Assembly: GCA_046563655.1 (NCBI GenBank)
Contig: CM102284.1
Coordinates: forward strand, 6,758,001-6,822,000
Direction: 5' to 3'
DNA length: 64,000 nt
Source of the DNA: Yuukianura sp. NJ FZ-2021
Taxonomy: Eukaryota
Shown piece by piece: positions 14,591 to 27,089 of this stretch. Position numbers and translations under genes: made by a program. Within the stretch, counting starts at the first letter, position 1. Each line of letters starts with the position of its first letter. Below the pieces are notes generated by a model that ran no database searches, was not told the DNA's origin, and saw only the letters and a program-made list of their open reading frames with translations.

Positions 14591-14743
14591 TCAGTTGCGT
14601 TTTGGCATTGGAATGGCAACAATATTCCCAAGTACTCAGCACACGCACTGAAAGTGGATCTTGTGCTTGGACGTTTGAAATTCGCCACAATTAGTTGCAA
14701 ACTAGGCCAAATTGCACCAAATCCTAATTTTCGAAACCAAAAG
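14591..14743 (+). promoter_or_regulatory. Putative initiator (TCAGTT) and non-coding first exon of the EAAT gene
   Basis: Arthropod Inr TCAGTT at 14591, donor AAG|gtaaac at 14743, and a pyrimidine-rich acceptor (cttccag) at ~16547 just upstream of the EAAT ATG. Inference only. Confidence 0.35.
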
Positions 14744-16593
14744 GTAAACAAATCATTATTTCAAAGTACTTGAGATTTTTTATTAATCTTGCAACAATCA
14801 ATACTTTTTCCTTGTCGGACTAAATTTGCTATTTCATTTTTAGTTTACATATTCTGTTCTGAATTTTTTGCAAAAACCTTTCCTTACCGTAGTTTTACAC
14901 GAATCTTGTTTTTTTTCACGATAACCGAATAATTGAAAAAAAAATGTAGGATGCACAGATCAGATCCACTTCTGCAATTTTTTTCCTCGAAATTCCACAA
15001 AATCAACCTTTGAGGTCATGACTGCTGCACGTCCATTCAAATTACAATAGGTAATTCCGATGATGGAACAAAAAAGCAAAAGATTTTTAAAATTTCAGGT
15101 CAAAAGTTCAAAAGTCAACGGTGAAGGAAGATGTTTCCTCAGGTTATAACATTAAATATTTATTCATACTTAATGATGAAATTTTTGCAAAGTGCCAAGC
15201 ATCTTACATTCCTTGAATTGTGAATAGACAATGTAGGTAGAAAGGTCAGAGGTCACTTTTCATTTGATTTTCTTCGATTCGATTCTGGCCACCATCTCAC
15301 ATTAACAAAGCGTCACTGTGATCTTCCTTTGATCTTGACTCTTTTTCAAGTCTTCACTAAATTATATTTCATGTCACGCCGATTTTCAGCTACAAAAGAC
15401 TATTCTTGTTCTGAAAGTACTAAAAAAATAGCTTTCTCCACCTAACTGAATGTAGCATTTGGTATTTAGAAATTAACTAGTAAAATTTTGTTTGCGAAGG
15501 TCATCAAATTGAAACTAGGAATTGTTAGGGTAGGTGTGATTTAATAGGCTTTAGATTAACTAAGATGAGTTGTCCATTTTTAGCAAAAGCCTGGACAGAT
15601 TTGGCTAATTGAAGTGAGGAAGTGTGAAACTTGGCATTTCCTTTCGTCGCTTATGGCTGGAGGGCCTGGATGATGCACTGGAGCGTGATCCAGATTATCT
15701 TGACTCTGTTGACGTTTCGTCATGATCAATTAGATGAGGTTGTGCTTTGGAGTGTCGAAGCATGAGATTTTTAGTTAATTTCATTCTTTTTTCATTCTAA
15801 AAGTCTTGTGCTTGGATTTTCACTAGTTCAATTTAGATTCGCATGCCTAATCCATCCATCAATGGAAAGGCTTAGCCTTTTCGTCAAAAGTGTCTCCAGA
15901 AAAAGAAGCATGAAAAAGCGAGTCAAAGTGTATCTTCGTATTTTTCTGGAGTTGAGAGCACAAATTGATGCCGTAGCTAAGCAACCTCGAATCAAATTAA
16001 TGACAGACGGGAAATCCGCTTTTTATGGAAAGAAAGTGAAAGAGCCCAGAAAAAAGCTGTCATTTTGAACAAAAAATTTAGCCCTGTAATGTACTCCGTA
16101 AAAACTCAGTTTCCTGACAGTTTTCAAAATTGCAAAATATTTTTCAGCAAAAAGTGGTTTGCTATGTAACTAGTGTTTGACAGGACGAAATTTCTACCGA
16201 GGAAATAAAAAGAGTGCAAAAATTGTTTCCAGGAAATTTTGAATGATGAAGGCGCAGTAAAAATGGCATATCGCACCTGACCAAGTTCTTTTCCAAAATT
16301 GCAAACAAGTAAACACGGAACTTTTTTTTCCTGGAAGAATCTATAAAATTCGATTATCTCATCAAATGACGCTTGATTATAAAATTTAGTTTTGCGTTGG
16401 CACTGTAGACTGAAATTTGTATCAAAACGTAAAAAACCAGTTTTTAGTTTTGTCACCTTAATCAATTGAAACTTGTTCTCAAGTCTGAAAATTTATAGAC
16501 TTTTTCAAAATTTGACTTTAAAATTTTGTCATTTCGTGAACTTCCAGATTCATTTTGCAATTTCACCTTCCTTGAGAAATTCCGACGTAAATC

Positions 16594-19057
16594 ATGGCGT
16601 TAGGAAAAAAGAAACCTGAAAGCGAATCCAGCGACGACGGAATGACGCTGCGCAGTTGCTTGCGTCAAAATTCCTTAACGCTGCTCACCGTCGCTGGTGT
16701 AATCGCTGGCATAATTCTTGGATTTGGCCTTCACGAAGCCAAGGACGAATGGATGCAACGGGAAGTCATTTACGTCAGATTCATCGGCGATCTTTTTCTA
16801 CGCATGCTCAAGGCCCTCATCCTCCCCCTCATAGTTTCTTCGCTCGTTTCCGCCATTGGATCGCTGGACTTAAGTCTCTCTGGCAAAATTGGCACAAGAG
16901 CAATCATTTACTACTTGGTCACGACCGTATGTGCTGTCATACTGGGCATCATACTTGTCATGACGATTCAGCCAGGCAAGGGAGCCGAGGAGAGTGACCT
17001 TGAGAAACAACAAGCCAGAAACATAACTACTCCGGATACGTTGATGGACTTGGTTCGTAATATGTTTCCACCGAATTTGGTTCAAGCAGCACTGGAACAG
17101 TATCAAACAGTTCTCATTTATCCAGGAAACGATTCAATCCGTAAGTCCAATTTGCCTAATTTGCTGAAAAAGTAATTTTCTCAAGAAGTTCGAGCAAATT
17201 GAAAATCGATTTGATCAAATTGGTTTGACCTTTGACCTTTGCTTTAGCCATGGAAGAGTGGAAGATGACCTCGACTCACCAAGAAGGAACGAACATCTTA
17301 GGCCTCGTCGTTTTTGCAACAGTTCTGGGAATTTGTCTTGGAAAAATGCGGGAAAAGGGAAAGCCACTTTTGGACTTTTTCTCGTGCCTCTCAGAAGCTA
17401 TGATGATCGTAACAAATTGGGTGGTTTGGTATGACCTTTAACCTTTAAAATTCTGAAAAAGTGAAAAATTGCGACACTTTCTGTCTTTAGGTTGTCGCCC
17501 GTCGGTGTTTGTTTCCTAATTGCAAGTCAGTTGCTTGAACAAGAAGATTTTGGCAAAGTTTTTCGGAATTTGGGCTACTACTTTGGAACTGTAATGGCGG
17601 GGCTGATCATTCATGGATTCATTGTACTTCCGCTAATTTACACTGTATTTACAAGAACACTTCCGTTTCGATTCATACTAAACATGACACAAGCCATTGC
17701 CACTGCATTTGGAACTGCTTCGAGGTAAGCAACAAATGACGAAGGCGGAAGAAATTTTGAGGTCACAAGGTCAACTGGATTCTGAAAAAAAAATAACAGA
17801 CTTCAATTTTTGTTAGTGCCGCAACATTGCCAATTACAATTCAGTGTTTGGAGGAAAAGAATGGGGTGGATACAAGGGTGGCTCGCTTTGTACTGCCAAT
17901 TGGAGCCACCATTAACATGGATGGAACTGCTCTGTATGTAAGTGCTGCAGAAACCTATCAAAATTTGCGTTGACACAAAAATTTGAAATTTTCGAAACTT
18001 TCTAATTTCTAATTCATGAAAATTTCATTCCCTTTTTGATTTTTCAGGAAGCGGTTGCTGCAATTTTCATTGCTCAGATGGTTGGAAGGTCGTTGGATTT
18101 GGGAAAAATTATTGCCATAAGGTGAACATACTACTAAAATTTTCATGAAACCAGAAAGTGCCAGAGTGTTTAAATGTTGGAACTAGGAAATTCGAAATTT
18201 TTGAAGCCTTTGTAATTTTGAATTTCAACACGGTTTCAAACTTTAGAAAGCTTCCTCTTACATATTTCTCAGTAGTTTCGAGCAGTTAAAATGCAGGAAT
18301 TACTGGTATGTTGTAAATTTAACTTTCGAAACGACAATGCCGGATTGGTCTGCTTCTTTTAAATGTAGAGTTGAAATTTCAAAATTTCAGTAGGGTGTAG
18401 GGTTTCAGTGAGATTTGCGTGACCTTTGTTTGACCTTGTGGTTTTTGTTTGCAGTATCACCAGTACAGCAGCCAGTATTGGAGCAGCGGGGATTCCACAG
18501 GTTCAAAATTACTCATGTTGTTATTGTTGTACTAAGTTTGGATTAGTAATTGAAATTCATCACGGTATGTTTTCCCTGAAGTGACGATGATTCATTGTTC
18601 TTTGTCATCAAACAGGCAGGACTAGTAACAATGGTTATGGTTCTCAACACAATTGGACTTCCAGCAGAATATGTTGCTTACATCATCCCAGTCGACTGGC
18701 TTCTGTAAAATTTTCACTTTTAAATAAATACTTTGCAATGTGTTTACCAATTTTTTCGAACTTAAAGCAATTCTGAATGATGATGATTATCAAAATGCTT
18801 TCTCTTTTTCAGTGACAGATTTCGAACGGCCATCAACGTCCTGGGAGATTCAATTGGTTTGAATAAAATTTCATTAATAAACGAAGTTATTTAAATTATT
18901 TACATAGTAGAGTAAAATTGATGATAAATTGTAATTTTTAGGCGCTGGAATAGTAGACAAGTTGAGCAGTAAAGAACTGGGCAAACTTGCAGCGCGGACG
19001 CCGTCAGAAGAAGCAGAGCTGAATGACTTTGATCACAATTTGCACACAATTTCCTAA
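16594..19057 (+). CDS. Eaat: Excitatory amino acid transporter (SLC1/EAAT family)
   Basis: Nine exons: 16594-17140, 17248-17428, 17491-17724, 17817-17937, 18048-18121, 18455-18500, 18616-18704, 18813-18856, 18942-19057. Motifs [62 protein letters not shown] and [16 protein letters not shown] (Arg of acidic-substrate EAATs). Confidence 0.96.
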
Positions 19058-19368
19058 ATGGTTTTAGGCTCAAATGCTTTACTTTTAAATATTTAAAGTT
19101 AAAACACTTTGTTTAACAACTTTTTGTAATTTACAGTATACAGTTCAACTGATTTTACATTTGTAAAGTTATGACTAAAATGTAGTACAACTGCCCTGTA
19201 TGTAATTGTTCTATTTGATTCCAACTTAAGTGTACGTCCGCTTACCTTGTACAATACGACTTTTTGAAATTACGAACAACGTGTTTTCCAGTATTATGTT
19301 TTCGAAATAAATTGTTGTCTAAATTCGTCTTACTTAATTTTCAAAAATTTAACACTTACAGTCTTGAT

Positions 19369-19825
19369 AACGAAGGTGTAGTAGAAAGAAGAAAGTTAAT
19401 TAATTAATTAAAGTTGTGGGATTTAGAAATTAGTAAATGTAATAAATTATTACTATATATTATAAATAAATCTATAATATAAGTATTTAGTCCTCCCACG
19501 CCATGTAAATAATAATTTAATTCAGAATAGGTAAACAGTGAGCCTCGGTTGCTAAAAGATCACAGTGCGTTTTGTGTTGATCTTTGCGTGTCGTGCAGAC
19601 TGCTATCCAAAAAAGTGGACCCTCGATTTTGGCCGGATGCTATGCGGGGATTATGCGGAGCAAAAAGGTTCCCGTCTTTTTTCAAATTTTTTGTGACGTC
19701 ACTTCTTCTAATTTTGTGACGTCACTTATCTTATCTCGCATTCCCTTACGGCATTCCCATAATTTCCATAGCCGAGAAAAATTAATTTTTATGCGGCGTC
19801 TCGGCTTTTAGTGATGAATTTTCTT
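19369..19825 (-). repeat. Dispersed repeat family, copy 2 (long form with AT-rich arm)
   Basis: Reverse complement of the core in copies 1, 4 and 6. The AT-rich arm aligns with copies 5 and 6. Confidence 0.85.
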
Positions 19826-20641
19826 AAAATTGTTCTTTTGAGTTTTGGAATTTCTGAAAACTAAATTAATTTTGAAATTCACAGCCAAAGCTTTAATAAC
19901 GAATTAATAGTCATTTTTTGTCAACTTTGTGCTTCTTCACCATTGAATTGAAGTTGAGCTGTAGGTAGTACATAGTACATGTTTCACTGTTTAATTATTC
20001 TTAAGCTATGAGTTTTCTTTCATTAGAGAATGAAGGAACGCAGAAGACTAATATAACTTTTTAGCATTTTGGCACAATTGGCTACGTTGTGTCCAGAATC
20101 TATTTTTTGTTTGGTTTGAAGGTCAGTGGTTCAGGTGTGTCTGTGTTGGCCATAATTTTCTCCAGTTGGTTGATGAGATGTCAATTCCAATTCCAGTTTG
20201 GGTGGTATTTCCCACGGGAGGACCAGATTCTAGTTAAGTTTCTGAGAAACATGCGATGAATATTCTCAAATTAATGTCTGGACAATTCTAATTTAAGTCA
20301 TGTTTTAGTATTAGTAGGATGTCAATGTCAACTAGGCAGAAGTGACAGAGCACGCGTCTTCCAGTGTTCTGGTGACCTTTGGATCACTTTCCAACAGTAG
20401 CAGTTAAATTGGATTTTAGTGGCTCTCGGAACAGCGGTTTTATTTCTGTCTTCGTCATTCCATTGTTCTTCCGTTCTTTGTCTTGTCATCAGCCTTCTTC
20501 TGAATTGCAAAACAGAAGAGGTGGGAGTGAACAAAAACAGATTAGTCAACAACTGAACTCTACAGTGGCAACAATACCTCTAACAACTTCCAAAATTCAA
20601 TCAGTGAAGTACTTGCATCAGTTGCAACGCAAATCCTTGAA

Positions 20642-20660
20642 ATGGGATTGTTCAGAACAG
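20642..20660 (+). CDS. Candidate alternative first coding exon of the serpin (MGLFRT)
   Basis: ATG GGA TTG TTC AGA ACA G|gtaag: strong phase-1 donor, in frame with exon 2 at 21812. Confidence 0.5.
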
Positions 20661-21690
20661 GTAAGATTTCAAAATCAATTTCAGAAACTAAACGCATCTA
20701 GACTTTGTCAATTTTGAATTCTACGGGATTCGTTTAAAGTTGCAAAAATTTCAAAAGAGCTTGGGGTTTTCTAATTCCAAATTTTTCCAGACTAGTTTGT
20801 TGCATTTGCGTCATTTTCCAAGAAAACCTCGAACCTGTTTCAAATTTACAATTGAAATTATTTCGTGAAGCGTCAAATTGTATTTGACTTTGATTCTTAT
20901 GCATAAATTGATTCCAAACTCACTTCGTTAATGTATAAATAGCTTAGTATTGCGTTAATTACTGCAACTTCTCCAAAGTAAAGTAAATCCGAATAGAACT
21001 CAATATTTAAATGGAAGTTTAGCATTAGGTAATAAGTTGAGAATTTAAGGAGGATGGAAATTCCATAATTGGATTTACGCAACCTACCTTTCTAAGAACA
21101 GAGCAAACTTGGAGCTAAGCTTTGTTCAACTTCGTATTTTGCATGTTAGTAAACATGCAATTGCAAACTAAAATTCAATTTAGGATGCTCTCACCCTAAC
21201 ACAATTTTGGCTAAACTTTTTTTGGTCTTTTAGCGATATCCTACGTGTAGCTGTCCATGTTAAACCGTTAGCCTTGTTCCCTACACGTCGAAAGAACTCT
21301 ATTAGGAAGAACAGCAAAAAGCCTCAGGTCACATTAGAGTTTCTAAATTAGTCGATTGACCTTTGCACGTAGTACCTGTTGGGAAATTCAAATTCCTAAA
21401 AAGTGCTTTTGTCCATCGTCAAAAATAAATTTCTACACGTACACGTTCGCTCGAATTTTAGTTGGATTTTTACTTCTACTTGGAAGTTGAGACGCGAAAG
21501 ACAATTTTTGCACTGAAATCTGCAAAACTTTTTGCAAACGCGCGAAAGCAGCTCTTTCGATTCCAAAATCTGAGCAAAATAAACAAAGTGAAGCAGATTA
21601 TAAAGTTGTGCGAAAGTGGTAGTAACAGTTTAGTTGTGTAGAATCTGTTCACAAAACAAGTTACGATAAAACTGAGTGAAAGCCATAAAA

Positions 21691-24126
21691 ATGCGGACGC
21701 TTTGTACTACGTGTAAGTTTGAACTTTGTTAGAACGTTTGTAGCAATTTTTTGGAAGTTGATTTTTGGTATAGTGTTTGAAATTCATAATTTTTGTAATT
21801 TTTTTTTCCAGATTTTCGATTTGTGGCTATGTCCACAGTGATCTTCGGTTCGTTACTGTCAAGCTGTATCGGTTCACGGGTAGACCCTACTGTCAATCCT
21901 ACTGCTATTGGAGCTGCTTCAGAAGCAAATGTCCACTTTGCCAGTGACCTGTACTCGGTAATTTTGGAAATAAAAATTTCAAAATTCCAACATTTTCAGT
22001 TTCAGTAGTTAGAGATGATGATTTTTAAGTTGTTCATATTTAAGGCTTACTTCAATCACATCTGCAAAAAATAACAAACTTTCACATATTGGTGTCTTCA
22101 TATTTCTGTTCCAAAATTTTTGTTTAAAAGGCTTTGAGGAAATCTCAACCAGAAAATTTGATCTTTTCTCCGCTGAGTGTGAGCGCAGTCCTTGCCATGC
22201 TGAAAACTGGTGCTCGTGGTGAAACTGAAAGAGAAATTCAAAAGGCTTTGCGCTTTCCACTTGAAGATAACAGACTTAACGAAGGCTGGAAGGGCATTCT
22301 GGAGTCAATGCGGGTAAGACAAAATTTGACATAACATGCCCGAACTTTGCTAAATTTCACTTTCTTAAGGAATACAGAGTAAAGATTGACGCAAAACGGT
22401 TTGCTTTAGTTTCGCCCGAGGTGTCGAAAAAAGTTTTCTGGAACACTTCAAACGAATTTTCTCACCTTCGCTTCTCTTAATGACAAAAATTAACGCCAAT
22501 TTCCTAACAACTTTCACCTTGAAGCCAAATCGGTTTTCTTCCACCATTAAATTTTATGATTCATTTCATTACGAGAGCTTGCTTGAACCAAAAACATAAA
22601 CAACTTACATAATGTTTGCAAAAACAAGTTCAAGTTTGCGTCATTTGTTAACTTTGTTAACTAACCTAAAAAGCATAACTTTTGATTCCAGGGAAAGAAA
22701 AACGTAACCTTGGATATTGCAAACAACGTTTACTCCAGTGCTGGATTTGAATTGAATCCGCAGTATGTCAAAGATCTTGCAAATTATTTTGCGGTCAAAG
22801 TTGAGCAATTGGATTTCACATCAGCACAATCTGCACGAACGATTAATAATTGGGTGGAAGGACTCACGCACAATCGGATCAAGGATTTGATCAGTCCAGG
22901 TAAGACTGATCAAAAATTAATGTTAAACTATGCCTAGGTCACTTTTTAGCTGATTTTTTAGTTAGAGGTCATTGACCTTTTGACCTATTTTGGTTTCTAG
23001 GTGACCTGGATTCGAATACCCGGCTCGTCCTGGTCAATGGAATTTACTTCAAGGGAAAATGGGCTAAGCAATTTGACCCAGAAGAAACAGCTCCAGGCCA
23101 ATTCCATATTTCACCGACGCAAGAAGTGACTGTGGACATGATGCAGATTGTTTCTGATTTTTCTTATGCCGAAGTCCCAGAACTTGATGCCCAAGCAGTT
23201 GGAATTCCATATCAGGCAAATTTCAAATTTTTAGAAAGGAACTTGGTTTTCAAAGAAAGTTTTCAAAAATGTTGATTTTTTTCAAATTTAGGAGAAGAAT
23301 TTCATGATGATCATCCTGCTTCCTCATAAGAAGAACGGACTTGCAGAAATGGAAGCCAAACTTAAGGATTATCCATTGACCCGCCTTCCACCGACGATGG
23401 AAAAAGAGAAAGTCAATTTGCAAATGCCAAAATTCAAGTTAGAGTCTACCATCGACTTGAAGGCTCCATTAAGCGCTGTAAGTTTTTGGCTTTTCGAGCA
23501 AATTGACATCAAATTTTGAAGGGTTTTTGCAATTTTGAAATTTTGAATTCTTCTTACGTTATAGTTAGGTTTGAGCTCCATTTTCTCTGAGGAGAAAGCC
23601 GATTTCACTGGAATTCCACAGAATCCACTTGGGAACAACCTCTACGTTTCCAAAGCCGTTCAGAAGGCATTCATTGAAGTGAATGAAGAAGGAAGCGAAG
23701 CGGCGGCAGCTACAGGTCAGTTTTTTTTTAGTGTTAAAAGATGACCTTCGTCCTTTGTCACATTGTAGAATCGTAGAATTTGGGAGTATAGCTTCAACGC
23801 TTTTCTAAACTTTCCTCTGCTTTCACTAGTTTCTAGCTTTTTGACTAAAATAGGTAATTCGGACTTCTTTTGAGAATTTGCAAGAGGTCAAGGGTTAAGT
23901 TAAGACAAAAAATGAATCTCATGAATGAGAAATTGACGGTTTGTTGAAATTAGGATCTTTGATACGGATGAAGAGATCTCTACCGGAGTTTAAAACAATT
24001 CAATTTGAAGTGAATCACCCATTTGTTAGTCTAATTGTTACGACTGATGACGAACCTACTCTCCTCTTCATGATCTCAGTTACTAAACCGTTAGGATTTG
24101 AAACGTCGCCTAAAGATGAACTCTAG
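21691..24126 (+). CDS. Inhibitory serpin, Spn42Da/Spn4-like; common exons plus terminal exon A (RMKR-S loop, C-terminal KDEL)
   Basis: Exons 21691-21712, 21812-21957, 22131-22313, 22692-22899, 23001-23215 (GC donor), 23292-23477, 23565-23715, 23954-24126. Motifs [36 protein letters not shown], hinge [20 protein letters not shown] at 24168. Confidence 0.93.
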
Positions 24127-24576
24127 TTACCTACAAAAAATCCTCACCTTACTAATTCAAATCTTCAAATAAAATTAAACGTTCAATTTTGTTGGTCAAC
24201 ACTGCTTCTCTAAACATCCGCTTAAATTTTTGTTTCCTTCTACGCACTCTTTTAAATCATAAAAACATAAGTTTGAATTGTAATATAGACCTGTGTTGTG
24301 ATTTGTTTCTTAAATAGTTATAATTATTAATGTGCCAAATACTTAGCTTTCAAAACGAAAATTTGAAATTTTGAAAAACTTGTTCTAAAAATTAGAGCTG
24401 AATCCTACATCGCAACTAATCTAATCCTTGCCTAGCTAAGCTGACAAACTTTGGTGAAGCGTTTTCCTGCGAATTTTTGGAATTTGTCCAGTTGAAATTT
24501 CCCAATTCTAAAAAGTGAATTTCATAAAGTGAAAGTTGCATTTTCTCGATTTACTTTCTCGCGGAACGCTCTTTAG

Positions 24577-24734
24577 AGGAAGCGGTAGCAGCCAGATTTC
24601 TATCAGATTCTGATGGGATTCCAGTGACAATTGACCACCCTTTTCTGTTTTTGGTTGTTTCGAAAACTGATCGACGCAATTCTAAATTTAAAATTAGGCA
24701 AATTCTGTTCATAGGCGTCATTTCATCAAAATGA
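24577..24734 (+). CDS. Serpin alternative terminal (RCL) exon B
   Basis: Phase-1 acceptor ctttag. Reads EEAVAAR-FLSDSDGIPVTIDHPFLFLVV...QILFIGVISSK*. Too short to appear in the ORF track. Confidence 0.8.
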
Positions 24735-24984
24735 ATTTTGTAAAACACCAAACTAAAAAAAACTGAATGAAAGAATCAAAAAGAAAATTACTTTCTCTTT
24801 GAAAAAACGGAAAACGATTTCAAATGAAAGTCGTCAATCAGTCATGAGAAATCGATAACATTTGCTTGACCTTTGGTTGAAATTGGAACTAAAATTGATT
24901 AAACTTGTACAAATTCGGAATGAACTTAATGAAACTAATAGTTTTGGTTTGAATGGGCGTGTCCCTTTGTATCCTTTATTCCAG

Positions 24985-25292
24985 GCGTAATGATTCAGGT
25001 CAAGAGTGCTTTTCCCAGACAACAACCAATTGATTTCATCTGTGACCAACCGTTCATGGCCATCATCTACGATATGAACTACGATCTCCATCTTTTCTGG
25101 ACTTCCGTCAGAAATCCACTGGTTGCAGAAGCTCAATTCAGAAACGAACCACTTACAGATGAAGAACACAAGAATAGTGAAGCAGGAGGCACCAAGGACA
25201 CCAAGGGCAGCGCAATTGCAGGTCAAGGGTCAATGACCTTGACTCTTGTCACCATAGGGTTCCTACACCTCACTTACCGAGCTTTTTACTAA
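24985..25292 (+). CDS. Serpin alternative terminal (RCL) exon C with a 57-aa extension ending in a GPI-like signal
   Basis: Phase-1 acceptor ttccag. Reads GVMIQVK-SAFPRQQPIDFICDQPF...LFWTSVRNP, then a polar linker and KGSAIAGQGSMTLTLVTIGFLHLTYRAFY*. Confidence 0.85.
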
Positions 25293-25517
25293 AATAACGA
25301 TTTTACTAAGCAAAGTCACAGTTTAACTTAAAATTTACGAATTTTTGACTTCTCATTTGGAAAAATTGTTCGTAGTTTTAATTTTTAATTCTCCCGTCCT
25401 TGGGTGTGGTGGGGCACGCACGGCCAAACTCACACTGACAACTTACACTTTTTTAAATTTAAGTTTTTTTGAAATCTTCACTGAATTTTGAAAAACAAAC
25501 AAGATTTTGTTGTGTAG

Positions 25518-25702
25518 TCGCCCGAATCGGTCGACGATTTTTCTTTGTGGAACAACAACCAGAGCCACGCAATGTCCGAGTCGACCATCCCTTTCACCTT
25601 ATGATTCTTGCGTCAACTGGACAAGCATTTGCGTCAGCAGTGACGCAGACGCTGCTCTTTTCAGCATCAGTAGTCCAGCCGACTCCGTCAGCCTCCAGCT
25701 AA
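25518..25702 (+). CDS. Serpin alternative terminal (RCL) exon D
   Basis: Phase-1 acceptor tgtgtag. Reads VARIGRR-FFFVEQQPEPRNVRVDHPFHLMIL...LLFSASVVQP. AATAAA at ~25829. Confidence 0.82.
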
Positions 25703-26038
25703 AATGTGTTACCCACCAACCCCCAAAAGTTTAAAACTCTTCCATTCCATATGTATAGATATGATTTTTAGAAATTTCAGTTTTTCTTTGAAAACCTTGT
25801 CTCAAATTTAGTTCAAACAACTGATAATAATAAAATACTTTTAATTTAAATCTGGAAGCTTTCGGAGTTCCACTTGTTTAATAGCGGTCTTTAGCGTCTG
25901 TAGAGTTGTACTTGCGGGGTTTGATGTCTGTAAAGTCTAAAATGTGATTTGGTTTGTTAAAGCTTATGGGACTTATTTAGTTCAAAAAAATTTCGGTGGT
26001 TTTAATTAACCTCTGCTTGGAAACTTGTGACCTTGTAG

Positions 26039-26220
26039 CGTTTACATTGATGGCGAGGTCAGCTAAGAGACCAACAAAACCAAAACAAATGATCGTTGAT
26101 CATCCGTTTGCGTTTGCAATCTGTGCCAAGCCAGGAAAAACGGAAAACTGGACGCTACTTTTCGTCGGAAAAGTGACAAATCTACCAAAGAAGCATCCAA
26201 AATCTAAGCAAAAGTTCTGA
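26039..26220 (+). CDS. Serpin alternative terminal (RCL) exon E
   Basis: Phase-1 acceptor ttgtag. Reads AFTLMAR-SAKRPTKPKQMIVDHPFAFAI...LLFVGKVTNLPKKHPKSKQKF*. AATAAA at ~26290. Confidence 0.85.
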
Positions 26221-26394
26221 AATCTCTATCGTTTCCTTCATAATTTTTACTAAAACTTGGAAAATTAAAATGTAAAGTTTTTAATTTTAAATAAAGAGTT
26301 TTTAATTGGATGATTAAATTTTGTTTAAATTGTTCAAAATAAGGCAGATCAGTGTGTTGTGAACTGATAATTATTCTTGTACGTCACTTAGAAC

Positions 26395-26606
26395 ATAATT
26401 TAATTCAGCATTGGAGAGCAGTGAGTGTCGGTAGCTACAATCTCACAGTGTGATTTGTGTTGACTTTTGCGTGTCGTGCAGACTGCTATCTTAAAAGTGA
26501 GCCTTCGATTTTGGCCGGATGCTATGCGGGGATTATGCGGAGCAGAAAGGTTCCCGCCTTTTTTCAACTTTTCTGTGACGTCACTGATTCCAACTTTGTG
26601 ACGTCT
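26395..26606 (-). repeat. Dispersed repeat family, copy 3 (truncated)
   Basis: cagtgagtgtcggt...gtcgtgcagactgctatc...ttggccggatgctatgcggggattatgcgg...gtgacgtcac. Confidence 0.85.
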
Positions 26607-27089
26607 TGAATGCTCTTCTCTGGCGGGAAAAGTTTGAATTTTTCAATTTTAAAATTTAAACATTTTTAATTTCAAATTGATTCAAACATCAAACTTCAAA
26701 GCATTTATCTTTACGCAGTTTCTGCAACGATAGTTTTAATTAACTTTTTTAATTAATTAGGTGTAGCGTCGTTTGACAACTGTCTTTGTGATTTTGTACA
26801 ATACATTGTGATTCTGTGAGTGAAATAGCGTCGTGTAGCGGGGATCACTTGAGGTTCAAAATGGGAAAACAACAACTTTGAGAAAACATCTTTTGCGACT
26901 AAGGTTAAGTTAGATTTCAAATCAAAGTTTAAATTAAGTAAGCATGAAACTGTAATGGTAATGATTAATTGTGGCTACTTGTTGACAGTTTCTCAGAAAT
27001 CACGAATTGCAAGCAGTTTTTTAATTGAGGCGCGGAGGACAGTGAACCAAGCAGTCAAATGAAGAGCAAATTGATCGAAGAATAGCAAA

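Noticed and set aside
14283-14773. 135-aa minus and 84-aa plus ORFs
   Set aside because: No domain or splice support; better explained as the EAAT promoter and 5' UTR exon.
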